Assembly: GCA_902785275.1 (NCBI GenBank)
Contig: CACZYB010000003.1
Coordinates: 32,001 to 96,000 of the forward strand
Reading direction: 5' to 3'
Origin: an uncultured Pseudomonadota bacterium
GTDB lineage: Bacteria > Pseudomonadota > Alphaproteobacteria > Rs-D84 > CACZYB01
Length of the DNA stretch: 64,000 nt
Shown here: positions 9,772 through 19,370 of the stretch, in pieces
Layout: the number at the start of each line of letters is the position of its first letter
How positions within the stretch are numbered: the first letter of the stretch is position 1
Position numbers and translations under genes: made by a program
The notes under the pieces: model-generated
The model's database searches: none
What the model was told of the DNA's origin: nothing
What the model saw: only the letters and a program-made list of their open reading frames with translations

Positions 9772-11154
9772 TTATGCATTATTTGTATCATTTTTTACTT
9801 CGTCTGGGATTACGACTTCGTTATTTTTTTCGTTTTTATATGTATTTATAATATCACGAAGTTCGTTTCGACCACCTTCGAAAATAGTTTGGATTTCATC
9901 ATCTGATTTTTGAGATAAAATCTTTTCACCTGTTTCAATAAGGTAGTCAATCACATCCAAAATAAAACCATAATTTTTATAATCTTCTACACTTGCAGAA
10001 TTTTTATATAAGGAAATTGCAGACATAATTTCCCTTGATTTTGATAAAAATTCTTGGATTTTCTTAAAGTTTTGAAGTAACCAATCAATATTTACTTCTT
10101 GATTACTTTGATTTTTAATGTTTTTACTTTTATTTTTAGAAGATTTTACTGATTTTTTTGTTTTTACAGAATCTTCGAAAACAACCACGTCCTCTTTTGA
10201 AGGAGATGGAGCAACAGGTAAGTTTTCCTTTGCTTTCTTTTCAGCAAGTTCAGCTTCAAGATTTTTCTTTCGTAATTCGATGTCACGAACCTTTTGTAAA
10301 ATACGTTCTTTTAATTGTTTACGATATTCGATATTTTCTGCTGAAAGGTTTTCTTCAGAAGCATCATCGTCGTCTTCGTCATACCCTTCATCTTCATCAG
10401 TACCACCTTTCACATCAGACTTATTTTCTGGTTCTTCATTTGTAGAAGCGTCCACTTCAACACTTTCAGAAGCTGGTTCAGCTGGAGCAGGAGCAATTTC
10501 TTTCTCTACATCTTCTTCCTCAACAACTTCAACTTCGGCAGGAACAGAATCTTTGGTATCAATTTCTGTTTTTTCTTCTGTATCAGAAGTTGAAGTTTGA
10601 GTATCTTCCTCAGGTTCCACTTCAACCTCTTCGACAGAGATTTCAGTATCTGTATTAGCTTCTGCTACATCTTCCTCTACCACATCATTTTTAACATCAG
10701 AATCGTCAGATACAGGCGCTATATCATTCTGTACAGGTTGAGATTCCGAGGTATTCTTTGATACATCGAACATAGAATTTAATTTTTCGAAAAGGCGTTC
10801 ACCTTCTATACCAAACTTTGAAAGATATGATTTATATTCAGGCATAGATTTTAAAAGCTCTGCAGATACCGGTTTTATCCCCTTTATTATTTGAAGAGCA
10901 GAAGTCCAGATTGACAATGCCTTTTCATACTCCATAACATTTTTGAATTTGGATAAATACTTTCCTTTGTATTCCGAAGGAAGTGAAGCGATATACATTT
11001 CCAAATTAAATTTCCAATTATTACCAAAATATTTAAAGGCAATTTCAGAAAAATTTCTTAATGTTTTTATATCACTATCAAAGTTATCCAAAGCATCAAA
11101 AACATCTTGGATTGAAACTTCGTCTTTGTTAAAAAGTTTTTTAAAAAAATTCAT
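9772..11154 (-). CDS. Hypothetical protein with acidic low-complexity linker and coiled coil
   Basis: 460-aa ORF with GGGG RBS. N-terminal domain is homologous to the C-terminal domain of the upstream gene. Confidence 0.85.
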   Translation of the reverse strand: MNFFKKLFNKDEVSIQDVFDALDNFDSDIKTLRNFSEIAFKYFGNNWKFNLEMYIASLPSEYKGKYLSKFKNVMEYEKALSIWTSALQIIKGIKPVSAELLKSMPEYKSYLSKFGIEGERLFEKLNSMFDVSKNTSESQPVQNDIAPVSDDSDVKNDVVEEDVAEANTDTEISVEEVEVEPEEDTQTSTSDTEEKTEIDTKDSVPAEVEVVEEEDVEKEIAPAPAEPASESVEVDASTNEEPENKSDVKGGTDEDEGYDEDDDDASEENLSAENIEYRKQLKERILQKVRDIELRKKNLEAELAEKKAKENLPVAPSPSKEDVVVFEDSVKTKKSVKSSKNKSKNIKNQSNQEVNIDWLLQNFKKIQEFLSKSREIMSAISLYKNSASVEDYKNYGFILDVIDYLIETGEKILSQKSDDEIQTIFEGGRNELRDIINTYKNEKNNEVVIPDEVKNDTNNA

Positions 11155-11169
11155 TTTCCCCCTTTTGGC

Positions 11170-11961
11170 CTATGCAATCAAAGCCTGAACTTTTTCAAAT
11201 AAATCTTGGCCACCCTTTCCAAACATACTTAAATATTTTTTATAATTTTCAAGGTTTGCAGAAATTTCCTCTTTTGATTTTTGTTTTGGATTTTTTACCA
11301 AAGAAGAACATTCTTGCCATACATTAAGTGCAGAATCAAAAATACATAAGTTTTCAAAACTCTTATTTAATGAATATTTGTCCTCTGAGCTTGCATCATT
11401 TGCAATAAGATTTTTAATTTCAATTTTCCAATTTGGGCCTAAATCTTTCACAACATCACTAGATTTAAATTTTTCCAAATCTTGTGGTGTTGCTTTGAAA
11501 TTGCGAATCAAATCGAATAAAACTTTTACATCTTCATTTTCAGATGGTGCAACCTCTACAACTGGTTCAGACTTTACTTCTGTAGAAGAAACTTCTACAG
11601 TCTGTTTCTGTTGTGGATGAGGCGATGTTGGTCTACTGAAATCAGTATATTCAAGGAAAAGTTCTTGGGTTTCAAAAACATCCTTTCCAAAAGGAAGAAG
11701 ATCTGCATCTATTTTATTTATAGGTGTTGTTCCATCCTTTAGGTTTTTAATATGCTGATAGAACTTTGATCCACCAGAAAGTTCCGGTAAAATACTTAAA
11801 ACATCATCTGGAAGAGAAAGAAAATCTTTGTTCAATGCTTCTATACCAGCATTTATAACATGAAGCTGATGAAAAATATTTAAATATTTTCTACCGATTG
11901 CAAGAGCACGTTCGTGAGCCTGGAATTCGGCAAAATTCAAATCTTTTTTATTTTCTGTCAT
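11170..11961 (-). CDS. Hypothetical protein (two helical domains)
   Basis: 263-aa ORF, 15 nt upstream of the next gene. Shares the G-x-NWK...AL-x2-W...YK-x-YLS-x-FG-x2-G-x2-LFEK motif with it. Confidence 0.85.
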   Translation of the reverse strand: MTENKKDLNFAEFQAHERALAIGRKYLNIFHQLHVINAGIEALNKDFLSLPDDVLSILPELSGGSKFYQHIKNLKDGTTPINKIDADLLPFGKDVFETQELFLEYTDFSRPTSPHPQQKQTVEVSSTEVKSEPVVEVAPSENEDVKVLFDLIRNFKATPQDLEKFKSSDVVKDLGPNWKIEIKNLIANDASSEDKYSLNKSFENLCIFDSALNVWQECSSLVKNPKQKSKEEISANLENYKKYLSMFGKGGQDLFEKVQALIA

Positions 11962-12010
11962 ACTTAACTTAGGGATTTTTAATAAAACCCCTACCCCTCA
12001 GTTAAAAGTT

Positions 12011-13009
12011 TTAGTTCATTGATATAAGTATAACTCTTTGAAGTGAAGAAACATCTGATGGTGTTAATTCAATTTTTTCATCTGGATTATACATAACACC
12101 ATAGAATTTTCCGTCAATATCTTCTTTTACACTTATCAAACGAACTTCCATTTTATCTTCCATATCGGAAAGAACTTGAACAGCAATATCACCACTTCTT
12201 ACTGCTTGGTTTGAATCAACGAACAAGATAGAACGTGTTGGGATTATGTTACCAAGACGACGTGATGAAAGTTCAAGAGCATAAATGCTTTCAACTTTTT
12301 TATCTGACATTGGGTAAACGATATAATCTTTGTCGTTTTTATCAACAATCATATTTCCATTTTCCAAAGTCTTTGAGTATACAAGAACTTTGTTGAACTT
12401 TATAACACCAGATGGAGTGTAAACATTTTCTGTTGTTTTCAAGATATCACTCATCTTTGAAATAGAGTCGATTGGATTTGTATTTGCATTTATGAAACGG
12501 TCAAGACTTCCATCTTTCTTAAGTTCATAAATTTTTGTTAAAATTTCTTTTGTTGTCATACCAAGGGCACGAGCGATGCTGAAAAGTTCTTGTTCATAAA
12601 CTTCACGTTGACCAATTTCAATTCTGTGATAAACAGAAAGTGTAAGACCAGCAGCTTCAGCAACTTCAATTAATGTTAAATCTTTATTTGTACGAATAAA
12701 TCTTAGACCAGCACCGAAAATTTTAAGACCATTGTTTTGGTTAAGTTGAACACGACGTTCAATTTCTTTTTTCCATGCGTTAAGGATGATTTCGTCATCT
12801 TCCTCTTCTGAAATAAAAATATCTGTCATAGAACAGCCAAGGAAGTTTGCAACAATCATCATTTGCTCTTGGTCGATTTTTCTGTAACCTTTTTCAATTT
12901 TGGAAATCGCAGAAAGACTTACGCCAAGTTTATCAGCCAAATCTTGCATAGACTTTCCAGCCATTTTTCTTAGCACTCTTATTTTATTAGGGAAAATAAT
13001 TTCTTCCAT
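12011..13009 (-). CDS. XRE-family regulator with two HTH domains and a C-terminal S24-like domain
   Basis: HTH1 SMQDLADKLGVSLSAISKIEKGYR, HTH2 TLIEVAEAAGLTLSVYHRIEIGQR. AGGAG RBS supports ATG 13009. Confidence 0.85.
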   Translation of the reverse strand: MEEIIFPNKIRVLRKMAGKSMQDLADKLGVSLSAISKIEKGYRKIDQEQMMIVANFLGCSMTDIFISEEEDDEIILNAWKKEIERRVQLNQNNGLKIFGAGLRFIRTNKDLTLIEVAEAAGLTLSVYHRIEIGQREVYEQELFSIARALGMTTKEILTKIYELKKDGSLDRFINANTNPIDSISKMSDILKTTENVYTPSGVIKFNKVLVYSKTLENGNMIVDKNDKDYIVYPMSDKKVESIYALELSSRRLGNIIPTRSILFVDSNQAVRSGDIAVQVLSDMEDKMEVRLISVKEDIDGKFYGVMYNPDEKIELTPSDVSSLQRVILISMN

Positions 13010-13248
13010 TTTTGTACTCCTTATATGATTTTTAGACTTTATAGACAATACTATATAAATGTTTTTTCCAAAATTCCACTATTTTTTTCATTTTTTCACA
13101 ATATTTTTTCAAAAGATGAAAAATCAATATGTTAAGCCATCTCTTTTAAAGTTAATTTCCGGAAAAATATTTTTTCAATAAAAATTTAGAGGATTAAGAA
13201 ATAGAATCAGTTTTTAGTGTTTTTCTTTTTAAAAAATCAAAGATTTGC

Positions 13249-13277
13249 TTGACATTTTGTTAAAATACATATATCAT
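13249..13277 (+). promoter_or_regulatory. sigma70 promoter of rpmJ
   Basis: TTGACA-N17-TATCAT. Confidence 0.7.
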
Positions 13278-13308
13278 ACCGTTCATAATTTAGAAATGTG
13301 AGGTTAAA

Positions 13309-13431
13309 ATGAAAACTAAAAGTTCTTTGAAATCAGCTAAGAAACGTGGAAATGTTCAATTAATCCGTCGTGGTAAAAGAGTTTTTGCAATTGATAAAAA
13401 GAACCCTAGATTTAATGCTAGACAGGGTTAA
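13309..13431 (+). CDS. rpmJ: 50S ribosomal protein L36, Zn-free type B (40 aa, absent from ORF track)
   Basis: [40 protein letters not shown], with GAGG RBS and its own promoter and terminator. Confidence 0.93.
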   Translation: MKTKSSLKSAKKRGNVQLIRRGKRVFAIDKKNPRFNARQG

Positions 13432-13466
13432 TTTTTTACGTTTATCTAAAATGATAGTTTAAAATG

Positions 13467-13490
13467 GTGGCTTTCGGGCCACTTTTTTTT
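13467..13490 (+). terminator. Intrinsic terminator after rpmJ
   Basis: gtggc-tttcgg-gccac followed by a T run. Confidence 0.8.
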
Positions 13491-13574
13491 ACTATTTGTG
13501 GGAGAAATCACCCTAAAAATACAAAAAAATACCTATTTAACATAGGTATTTGGAGTTTTTTAATATAGTCTGGA

Positions 13575-14753
13575 TTATTTTTTATCTTCAGTATTATCTG
13601 ATTTTTCAGAATCGGTTTTATCTGCCGAATCCTTAGCTGAACCTTCTACCCCAGCGGAAGATGCATTATCAGAGGAAGAAGTTACTTCTGTATCAGAAGA
13701 ATCGACAGCTTCGGTATTCTCATCTGCTTTTTCGTTTTCTTCAAACTCTTTCTTTGCATTCTTAAGTTCACGTTCCTTCTTGGATACGTTAAGTTCCTTT
13801 TCTTCAAGTTCAATCTTTTTTGACTTTGCATCAGTTACAGCATCAGCTCTGTTAAGAAGAATCTTTGCAAGTTTAGCAGAAGAATCCAAAACCTGTGTCT
13901 TTTTATCAGCAGCATTCTTCATCAATGCAGTATCATATTCTGTACAGTTAGAATCAATTTTTGTTTGCATTTCTGTATTTGTTGCGATACCACAATTTTG
14001 TACTATCTTTTTTGTTTCCTTTTTACAACTTTCAAGGCTTTTCTTTGAAAGATTCATTGCAATAGTTGTATCCTGAATAGAAACACTTTCAATAATACTT
14101 GTTTTACCGGCAAGTAATTCATCGTTTTTATCAATGATTTCTTCGGTTAAAAAATCCAAAATTTTACCATCTTTTAAACTTCCGTCATCAAGAGCACTTA
14201 AAATATATTCATAATATTTTGCGGTCCCTTTTAGCGAACCAGTTAATGGATTTTTTATTTTTACAGATGAATCACCGTCTTTAACACTATTTTCCTTTAT
14301 ACCATAGTTTTGGTAAAGATATATGTTATATACACTATCTTGTTTACTTTTATCCTTTATATTGTAAACACAATAGAATTTAGATGAAAGAGATGATAGA
14401 ATAGAAGGTTCGTTTAAAAACTTACATTCACCATTCAAAAGTGTTTCAAGATTATCAATCATACATTGTTCGGTTTTTGAAATTTCTTCGGTTTGATCGC
14501 CTTCTTTGGCATCATCTTTTGATTTAGAGCTTTTATCATCCTTTTTATCTTTCTTAGAAGAAGATTTTGTTTTTTTTGATGTCTTCTTTTTTTCCGAAGA
14601 TTTAGACTTTTCTTTTGCCTTTGAAACTAAGCCAGAAGCCGAGCTTGCGGAACGAACACTGTGTTTTTGCTTTTTCTTTTTTGCAGCGAAAGAAATACTT
14701 GAAAATTCAAGAAGCAAAACAAAACATAAAATTATTTTCAAAAACCTTTTCAT
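13575..14753 (-). CDS. Secreted Cys-containing hypothetical protein with Lys/Ser-rich N-terminus and coiled-coil/acidic tail
   Basis: Signal peptide ending ISFA, AGGAG RBS, motif IDSNCTEY shared with its neighbour. Confidence 0.8.
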   Translation of the reverse strand: MKRFLKIILCFVLLLEFSSISFAAKKKKQKHSVRSASSASGLVSKAKEKSKSSEKKKTSKKTKSSSKKDKKDDKSSKSKDDAKEGDQTEEISKTEQCMIDNLETLLNGECKFLNEPSILSSLSSKFYCVYNIKDKSKQDSVYNIYLYQNYGIKENSVKDGDSSVKIKNPLTGSLKGTAKYYEYILSALDDGSLKDGKILDFLTEEIIDKNDELLAGKTSIIESVSIQDTTIAMNLSKKSLESCKKETKKIVQNCGIATNTEMQTKIDSNCTEYDTALMKNAADKKTQVLDSSAKLAKILLNRADAVTDAKSKKIELEEKELNVSKKERELKNAKKEFEENEKADENTEAVDSSDTEVTSSSDNASSAGVEGSAKDSADKTDSEKSDNTEDKK

Positions 14754-14765
14754 TATAGGACACTC

Positions 14766-16094
14766 CTAAAATGCATTCTTTAATTCTTCATCTGTTGGAT
14801 AACCATCAATACCCCAACCCGCAGGTATAGGAAGAGTAAATTTATCAACAGTACATCCGATACCAATAGTTCTGAATAAACCGATAGAACCAGATTTACG
14901 GTTATCACCAATTTTTGTTTGTTCACCATTAGGGCCAATAAGGTAGCAAGATTCATGACATCCAGCAACCAAATCCTTGAAGTCACCACTCTTATCATCG
15001 CAACGAACAACATGGCCTGGATTAAACCACTTTTCCTGTGTTGTACCACACTTTGAAAGTATTGTACAAGAGTCTGCGGCATATTGAACTTGATACAAAC
15101 ATTTTCCCTTTGTAATAATTCCCATGGAAGAACGGCAAGATTGTGCAACTGCCTCTTTCTTTAATGCCTTATTTACAGCCTTTCTTAAATCCTTAAGAAC
15201 AACCGCTTTGTTTTCTTCACATTTTCCATAGTTGATAGATTGGCATTTTTTAAGATTTGCCTCAAGCTTTGCATGTTCCTTACAGAACCTATATTCCTCA
15301 CCACATTCTGTTTTCAAACAATTTTCATATTCAACAAAACAAGCATTAGTATCAAGTTGATTTAATTGTTTATATTGTTGTTCTTGATACATTTCTTGGT
15401 TCTTTTGAGCTTGAACAAGCAAACCTTGTGCAGCATCTGCTTTTTCCTTTAAAATAGAAGTATATGCAGCACAATCTGTTTCAATTAATGTATTATATTC
15501 TTGTTCTTTTTTTGAATGTTTATCACTTTCTTCTGGCAAAAAAGCTTTACATTCAGAATAAGCCTTCTTATAAAGTGGAAGACCTTCTGCAACCAAAGTT
15601 TTTGTATCAACCTTTTCCGATGCCATAGTTTTTGCCTTTCTCTCAATAGTGTTAATGTTGTTATAAACATTACCAACGGCATCACTTAAACCTGAGGTAT
15701 TAGAAACATACATCAAAGCTTCCATTTCTTTGTTTTGTTTATCAGCTTTGTTTTGGATTTTTTCAATATCTCTTAAAACCTTTTCAATACGACCAAGTTG
15801 AGTAGAACAACGACATCTTCCCCTGTCGTCATCACCATCTTGTTTACAAATTTTATCCATACAAGAGGTATATTTATCTTCACTAGGTTCTTCTTCTGTT
15901 TCAGATGATGTATTTGTTGTTTTTGACGAAGAAACTCTTACTGTTGCAGAAGCCAATTTACGGGCAGTACGTCCCTGACTTGTTGTACCACGTTTTGCAG
16001 AGCGAGCAGATCTTCTTGAATTAGCAGCATAAACAGAAAAATCAATTGTTCCAATAAAAATAAACGATATTAATAATAATAAAAATTTTTTCAT
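14766..16094 (-). CDS. Secreted Cys-rich hypothetical protein
   Basis: Start MKKFLLLL (ATG 16094, GGGAG RBS), Arg/Ser-rich stretch, YTSCMDKIC...GRCRCS, many spaced Cys. Confidence 0.82.
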   Translation of the reverse strand: MKKFLLLLISFIFIGTIDFSVYAANSRRSARSAKRGTTSQGRTARKLASATVRVSSSKTTNTSSETEEEPSEDKYTSCMDKICKQDGDDDRGRCRCSTQLGRIEKVLRDIEKIQNKADKQNKEMEALMYVSNTSGLSDAVGNVYNNINTIERKAKTMASEKVDTKTLVAEGLPLYKKAYSECKAFLPEESDKHSKKEQEYNTLIETDCAAYTSILKEKADAAQGLLVQAQKNQEMYQEQQYKQLNQLDTNACFVEYENCLKTECGEEYRFCKEHAKLEANLKKCQSINYGKCEENKAVVLKDLRKAVNKALKKEAVAQSCRSSMGIITKGKCLYQVQYAADSCTILSKCGTTQEKWFNPGHVVRCDDKSGDFKDLVAGCHESCYLIGPNGEQTKIGDNRKSGSIGLFRTIGIGCTVDKFTLPIPAGWGIDGYPTDEELKNAF

Positions 16095-16229
16095 AATATA
16101 AATTTTCTCCCTTATATGTGGATATTGTACCATAAAACAAAGGAAAAATCAAAAAAAATATTTATATTGAAATAAGTCAAATTTTACACTATATATAAAT
16201 TATAGCTAACAAAAGAAATGGAGGTCACC

Positions 16230-16526
16230 ATGGTAATACAAGTTATAGGTCAAAGCTTTGATGTAGGAGAAGCTCTCACAGAACGTGTGAAGTCTACTAT
16301 TGAAAAGAAAGTTTCAAAATATAATCAGGAGTTGATTGGTGCTAATGTCGTTTTTACACAGGCTCCTCATAAAAAAGTGAATGCTTCTGTTAAATTACAA
16401 CTTAAAGGCTTAGATTTGTTCGCAAAATCCGATGATGATGATGCTTATCTTGCTTTTAATTCAGCAATTACAGATGTTGAAACTCAACTTCTTAAAAATA
16501 TGGAAAAATTAAAATCTCATAAATAA
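16230..16526 (+). CDS. raiA: Ribosome hibernation factor RaiA/HPF (short form)
   Basis: IQVIGQSFDVGEAL, DAYLAFNSAITDVETQL. GGAGG RBS before ATG 16230. Confidence 0.85.
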   Translation: MVIQVIGQSFDVGEALTERVKSTIEKKVSKYNQELIGANVVFTQAPHKKVNASVKLQLKGLDLFAKSDDDDAYLAFNSAITDVETQLLKNMEKLKSHK

Positions 16527-16538
16527 AAAGGTGATTAT

Positions 16539-17117
16539 ATGAAAAGTTTAAAAGGTACACAAACAGAGAAAAATTTACTTATTGCATTTGCCGGTGAATC
16601 ACAAGCAAGAAATAAATACACTTTCTTTGCATCACAAGCAAAAAAAGAAGGATATGTTCAAATTTCCAAGGTTTTTGAAGAAACTGCAAATCAAGAGAAA
16701 GAACATGCAGAAAGATTATTCAAATTCTTGGAAGGTGGACTTGTTCATCTTGAATGGGATTTTCCTGCTGGTGTAATTGGCGATACTGCCGAAAATTTGG
16801 TTGCAGCTGCAAATGGCGAAAAAGAAGAATATACAGAAATGTATCCAAGCTTTGCAAAAACTGCTCGTGAGGAAGGTTTCGAAGAAATTGCAAAAGTTAT
16901 GGGTGCGATAGCTGTTGCTGAAAAACATCACGAAGAAAGATATTTAACTCTTCTTCACGAACTTCAACAAGATGCAACATTCAAAAAATCTGAACGTATT
17001 ATTTGGGAATGTTTAAATTGTGGTTATCTTCACATTGGAACAGAACCACCTGAAAAATGCCCTGCTTGCGATCATGCAAAATCTTACTTTGCAAGAAAAC
17101 GTGAATGTTGGAAATAA
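16539..17117 (+). CDS. rbr: Rubrerythrin
   Basis: [22 protein letters not shown] and C-terminal rubredoxin CLNCG...CPAC. Confidence 0.95.
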   Translation: MKSLKGTQTEKNLLIAFAGESQARNKYTFFASQAKKEGYVQISKVFEETANQEKEHAERLFKFLEGGLVHLEWDFPAGVIGDTAENLVAAANGEKEEYTEMYPSFAKTAREEGFEEIAKVMGAIAVAEKHHEERYLTLLHELQQDATFKKSERIIWECLNCGYLHIGTEPPEKCPACDHAKSYFARKRECWK

Positions 17118-17197
17118 TAATACGAAAAAATCTTTTTCCCCATCGTTTGGTGGGGATTTTTTTGATTTTTATCCGAATTTTTGGGAAAAATAAAATT

Positions 17198-17274
17198 TGG
17201 TGTGTCCAAGAGGATTCAAACCTCTGACCTTTGGTTCCGGAAACCAACGCTCTATTCAGCTGAGCTATGGACAC
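17198..17274 (-). tRNA. tRNA-Arg (CCG)
   Basis: Reverse complement GTGTCCATAGCTCAGCTGAATAGAGC...TTGGT-TTCCGGA-ACCAA...GTTTGAATC...TGGACACACCA. Confidence 0.93.
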
Positions 17275-17374
17275 AAATTTTTTTCATTATATATCAATCT
17301 TTGTATTTTGCAAAAAAAATTTCCCTTTATTTTAAGAAAATTTGATGATATAATGACAAAAGGTAGGCAAAAAA

Positions 17375-18184
17375 ATGACAAATGCTAAAGTTATTGTTGT
17401 AGGTAATGAAAAAGGTGGAAGTGGAAAATCAACGCTATCCATACACCTTGCTGTATCTTATCTTTACTCTGGATATAAGGTTGCAACAATAGACCTTGAT
17501 GGACGTCAGGGTACTCTTACACACTATATCGAAAATAGGGTTAGATATGCCGAAGAAAATAAACTTGATTTACCTATGCCAGAGCATTTGGTTGTAACTC
17601 CTTCTCAATTTTCAAACAAGCGTAGTTCCGAAGAAGATGAAGAACAGCTTGATGAAGAAATAAAAGATTTAAAAAATGATTATGATATTATAATTATTGA
17701 TACACCGGGAACATTCAGCCATCTTTCTAATGCGGGACATAAAAATGCTGATATTTTGATAACTCCGGTTAATGATAGTTTGGTTGATATTGATGTTATT
17801 GCAAATATCGATCCTAATTCAAAGGAGATTATTTCCGAATCACAGTATACTCAGAATATCCGTGATATTCAAAAGAAACGTGCCGATTTGGGAAAGGATG
17901 AACTTTTTTGGATTGTTTTAAGAAACAGAATTTCTCATATCGATGCAAAAAATAAACGTGAAGTTGACTCAATCCTTAAAAAATTACAGGAAAAACTTGG
18001 CTTTACCTATATTTCCGGTATTGGTGAAAGAGTTGTTTACCGTGAAATGTTTTTAAAAGGATTGACTATTCTTGACCTTTTAAAGATTGATAAGGATGAA
18101 ATTTCTATTTCACATATTGCTGCAAAGAATGAACTTTTGACAGTACTTAACACTATAAATATCCCGCTTAAACAAGATATTTAA
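17375..18184 (+). CDS. mipZ: Division-plane positioning ATPase MipZ
   Basis: [66 protein letters not shown]. Confidence 0.9.
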   Translation: MTNAKVIVVGNEKGGSGKSTLSIHLAVSYLYSGYKVATIDLDGRQGTLTHYIENRVRYAEENKLDLPMPEHLVVTPSQFSNKRSSEEDEEQLDEEIKDLKNDYDIIIIDTPGTFSHLSNAGHKNADILITPVNDSLVDIDVIANIDPNSKEIISESQYTQNIRDIQKKRADLGKDELFWIVLRNRISHIDAKNKREVDSILKKLQEKLGFTYISGIGERVVYREMFLKGLTILDLLKIDKDEISISHIAAKNELLTVLNTINIPLKQDI

Positions 18185-18275
18185 TAAATTTTTATTTAAA
18201 AAACAAAGTTGCTTGGCTTGAAAATAATTTTAGGTCTGTAACTTTTTTTAATTTTAACAAACAAAGGAGATTAAT

Positions 18276-18638
18276 ATGTCAGGCCATATTGTAAAAACGG
18301 CAAAACAAATGGAAAGAAAAGCTCAAGCTTCTGCGGAATACAGAAATCAGGTATCTGTACGAAACATTATGGAAGGAAGAAAGCAAGAAGAAAAAGAACG
18401 AAGAGAAAATGCTTCTTTCTTTGTTTCTGAAATTGAAAGAATAAAAGCCCAATTAAACCGTCTTTCCCAAAGCGATAAGCTAGAAGATAAAATGAGAATT
18501 GGTTACTACAATAAAATGCTTGAAGAATGCACACAAAAAATGGAGAAAAAGTTTTCAAAAGAAGAAATTGAAAAAGCAAGAAAAAAATTTGCAAGTAGAC
18601 CAAATCCATTCTACTTTGGTGGTAACGATGGAAGATAA
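18276..18638 (+). CDS. Hypothetical helical protein (120 aa)
   Basis: AAGGAG RBS, charged helical ORF. Confidence 0.7.
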   Translation: MSGHIVKTAKQMERKAQASAEYRNQVSVRNIMEGRKQEEKERRENASFFVSEIERIKAQLNRLSQSDKLEDKMRIGYYNKMLEECTQKMEKKFSKEEIEKARKKFASRPNPFYFGGNDGR

Positions 18639-18652
18639 TCAGAGAGGATAAA

Positions 18653-18841
18653 ATGACATCTAAATATTCAGATATTTATAAAAAGGAGTTTTTACAAGCA
18701 CTTGATGAAAAATGTAAGGAATGTACCGCTATTATGAACGGTGAAATTTTTCCAGAAGTATTTATGGGAAATGACTTTTATTCAAAAAGATTTAAATTTT
18801 TTAGTGAAATAAAAGAACAAGCGCTTAAAAAATCAAAATAA
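18653..18841 (+). CDS. Hypothetical small protein (62 aa)
   Basis: GAGG RBS, followed by hairpin gacggg...cccgcc and a T tract. Confidence 0.55.
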   Translation: MTSKYSDIYKKEFLQALDEKCKECTAIMNGEIFPEVFMGNDFYSKRFKFFSEIKEQALKKSK

Positions 18842-18885
18842 AAAAGACGGGTTTTGAGGCCCGCCTTTTTTTATAGAAGAAAAGA

Positions 18886-19353
18886 TTATTTTGTTTTTTC
18901 ATTCAACTTTGACGCAATAGAGTTTTGCATTTTTGTAGAATCACTTAAAAGCATTATCATTTTATTTTGATTAAAAACTATATCAAGGTCTGAACCTTTT
19001 CTTAAAATATTATAAATTGCAGTTATAAAATTAATATTGCCAGTATTCTTAGTAATTACCTTCTTTGAAAAAGAAAGAAGTATATTCTTTTCAAAATTTT
19101 CCATATCTGTATCTGGATTAATATAACTTTTTTGCTTGTTCATATATGCACAAATCAAGTAGTAAGCAATATAAAAATTATCATTATTTTTTCTGTTAAG
19201 CAATGATGATATTTCAATAATATCAAGTCTTGCCCTATCATCAAGTTTAAGTAAAGATGAAGATAATTTTGCAATATCATTTTCTGAAACTACATCTTTT
19301 TTACCAGAAACAGAATCAAAATCTCCATCCTTTAAAATAAAAGTATTTTCCAT
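18886..19353 (-). CDS. Hypothetical protein (155 aa)
   Basis: ORF 17 nt downstream of the oxidoreductase gene. Confidence 0.7.
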   Translation of the reverse strand: MENTFILKDGDFDSVSGKKDVVSENDIAKLSSSLLKLDDRARLDIIEISSLLNRKNNDNFYIAYYLICAYMNKQKSYINPDTDMENFEKNILLSFSKKVITKNTGNINFITAIYNILRKGSDLDIVFNQNKMIMLLSDSTKMQNSIASKLNEKTK

Positions 19354-19370
19354 TTTTTATCCGATAAATC

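Noticed and set aside
10118-10600. 160-aa plus-strand ORF (similar cases at 32836-33618, 24213-24530, 22030-22404)
   Set aside because: These are antisense shadows of low-complexity or codon-biased real genes, with Ser/Phe-rich mirror composition and no recognisable motifs.
16999-17388. ORFs of 91 aa (-) and 63 aa (+) near mipZ
   Set aside because: Both overlap tRNA-Arg and are spurious.
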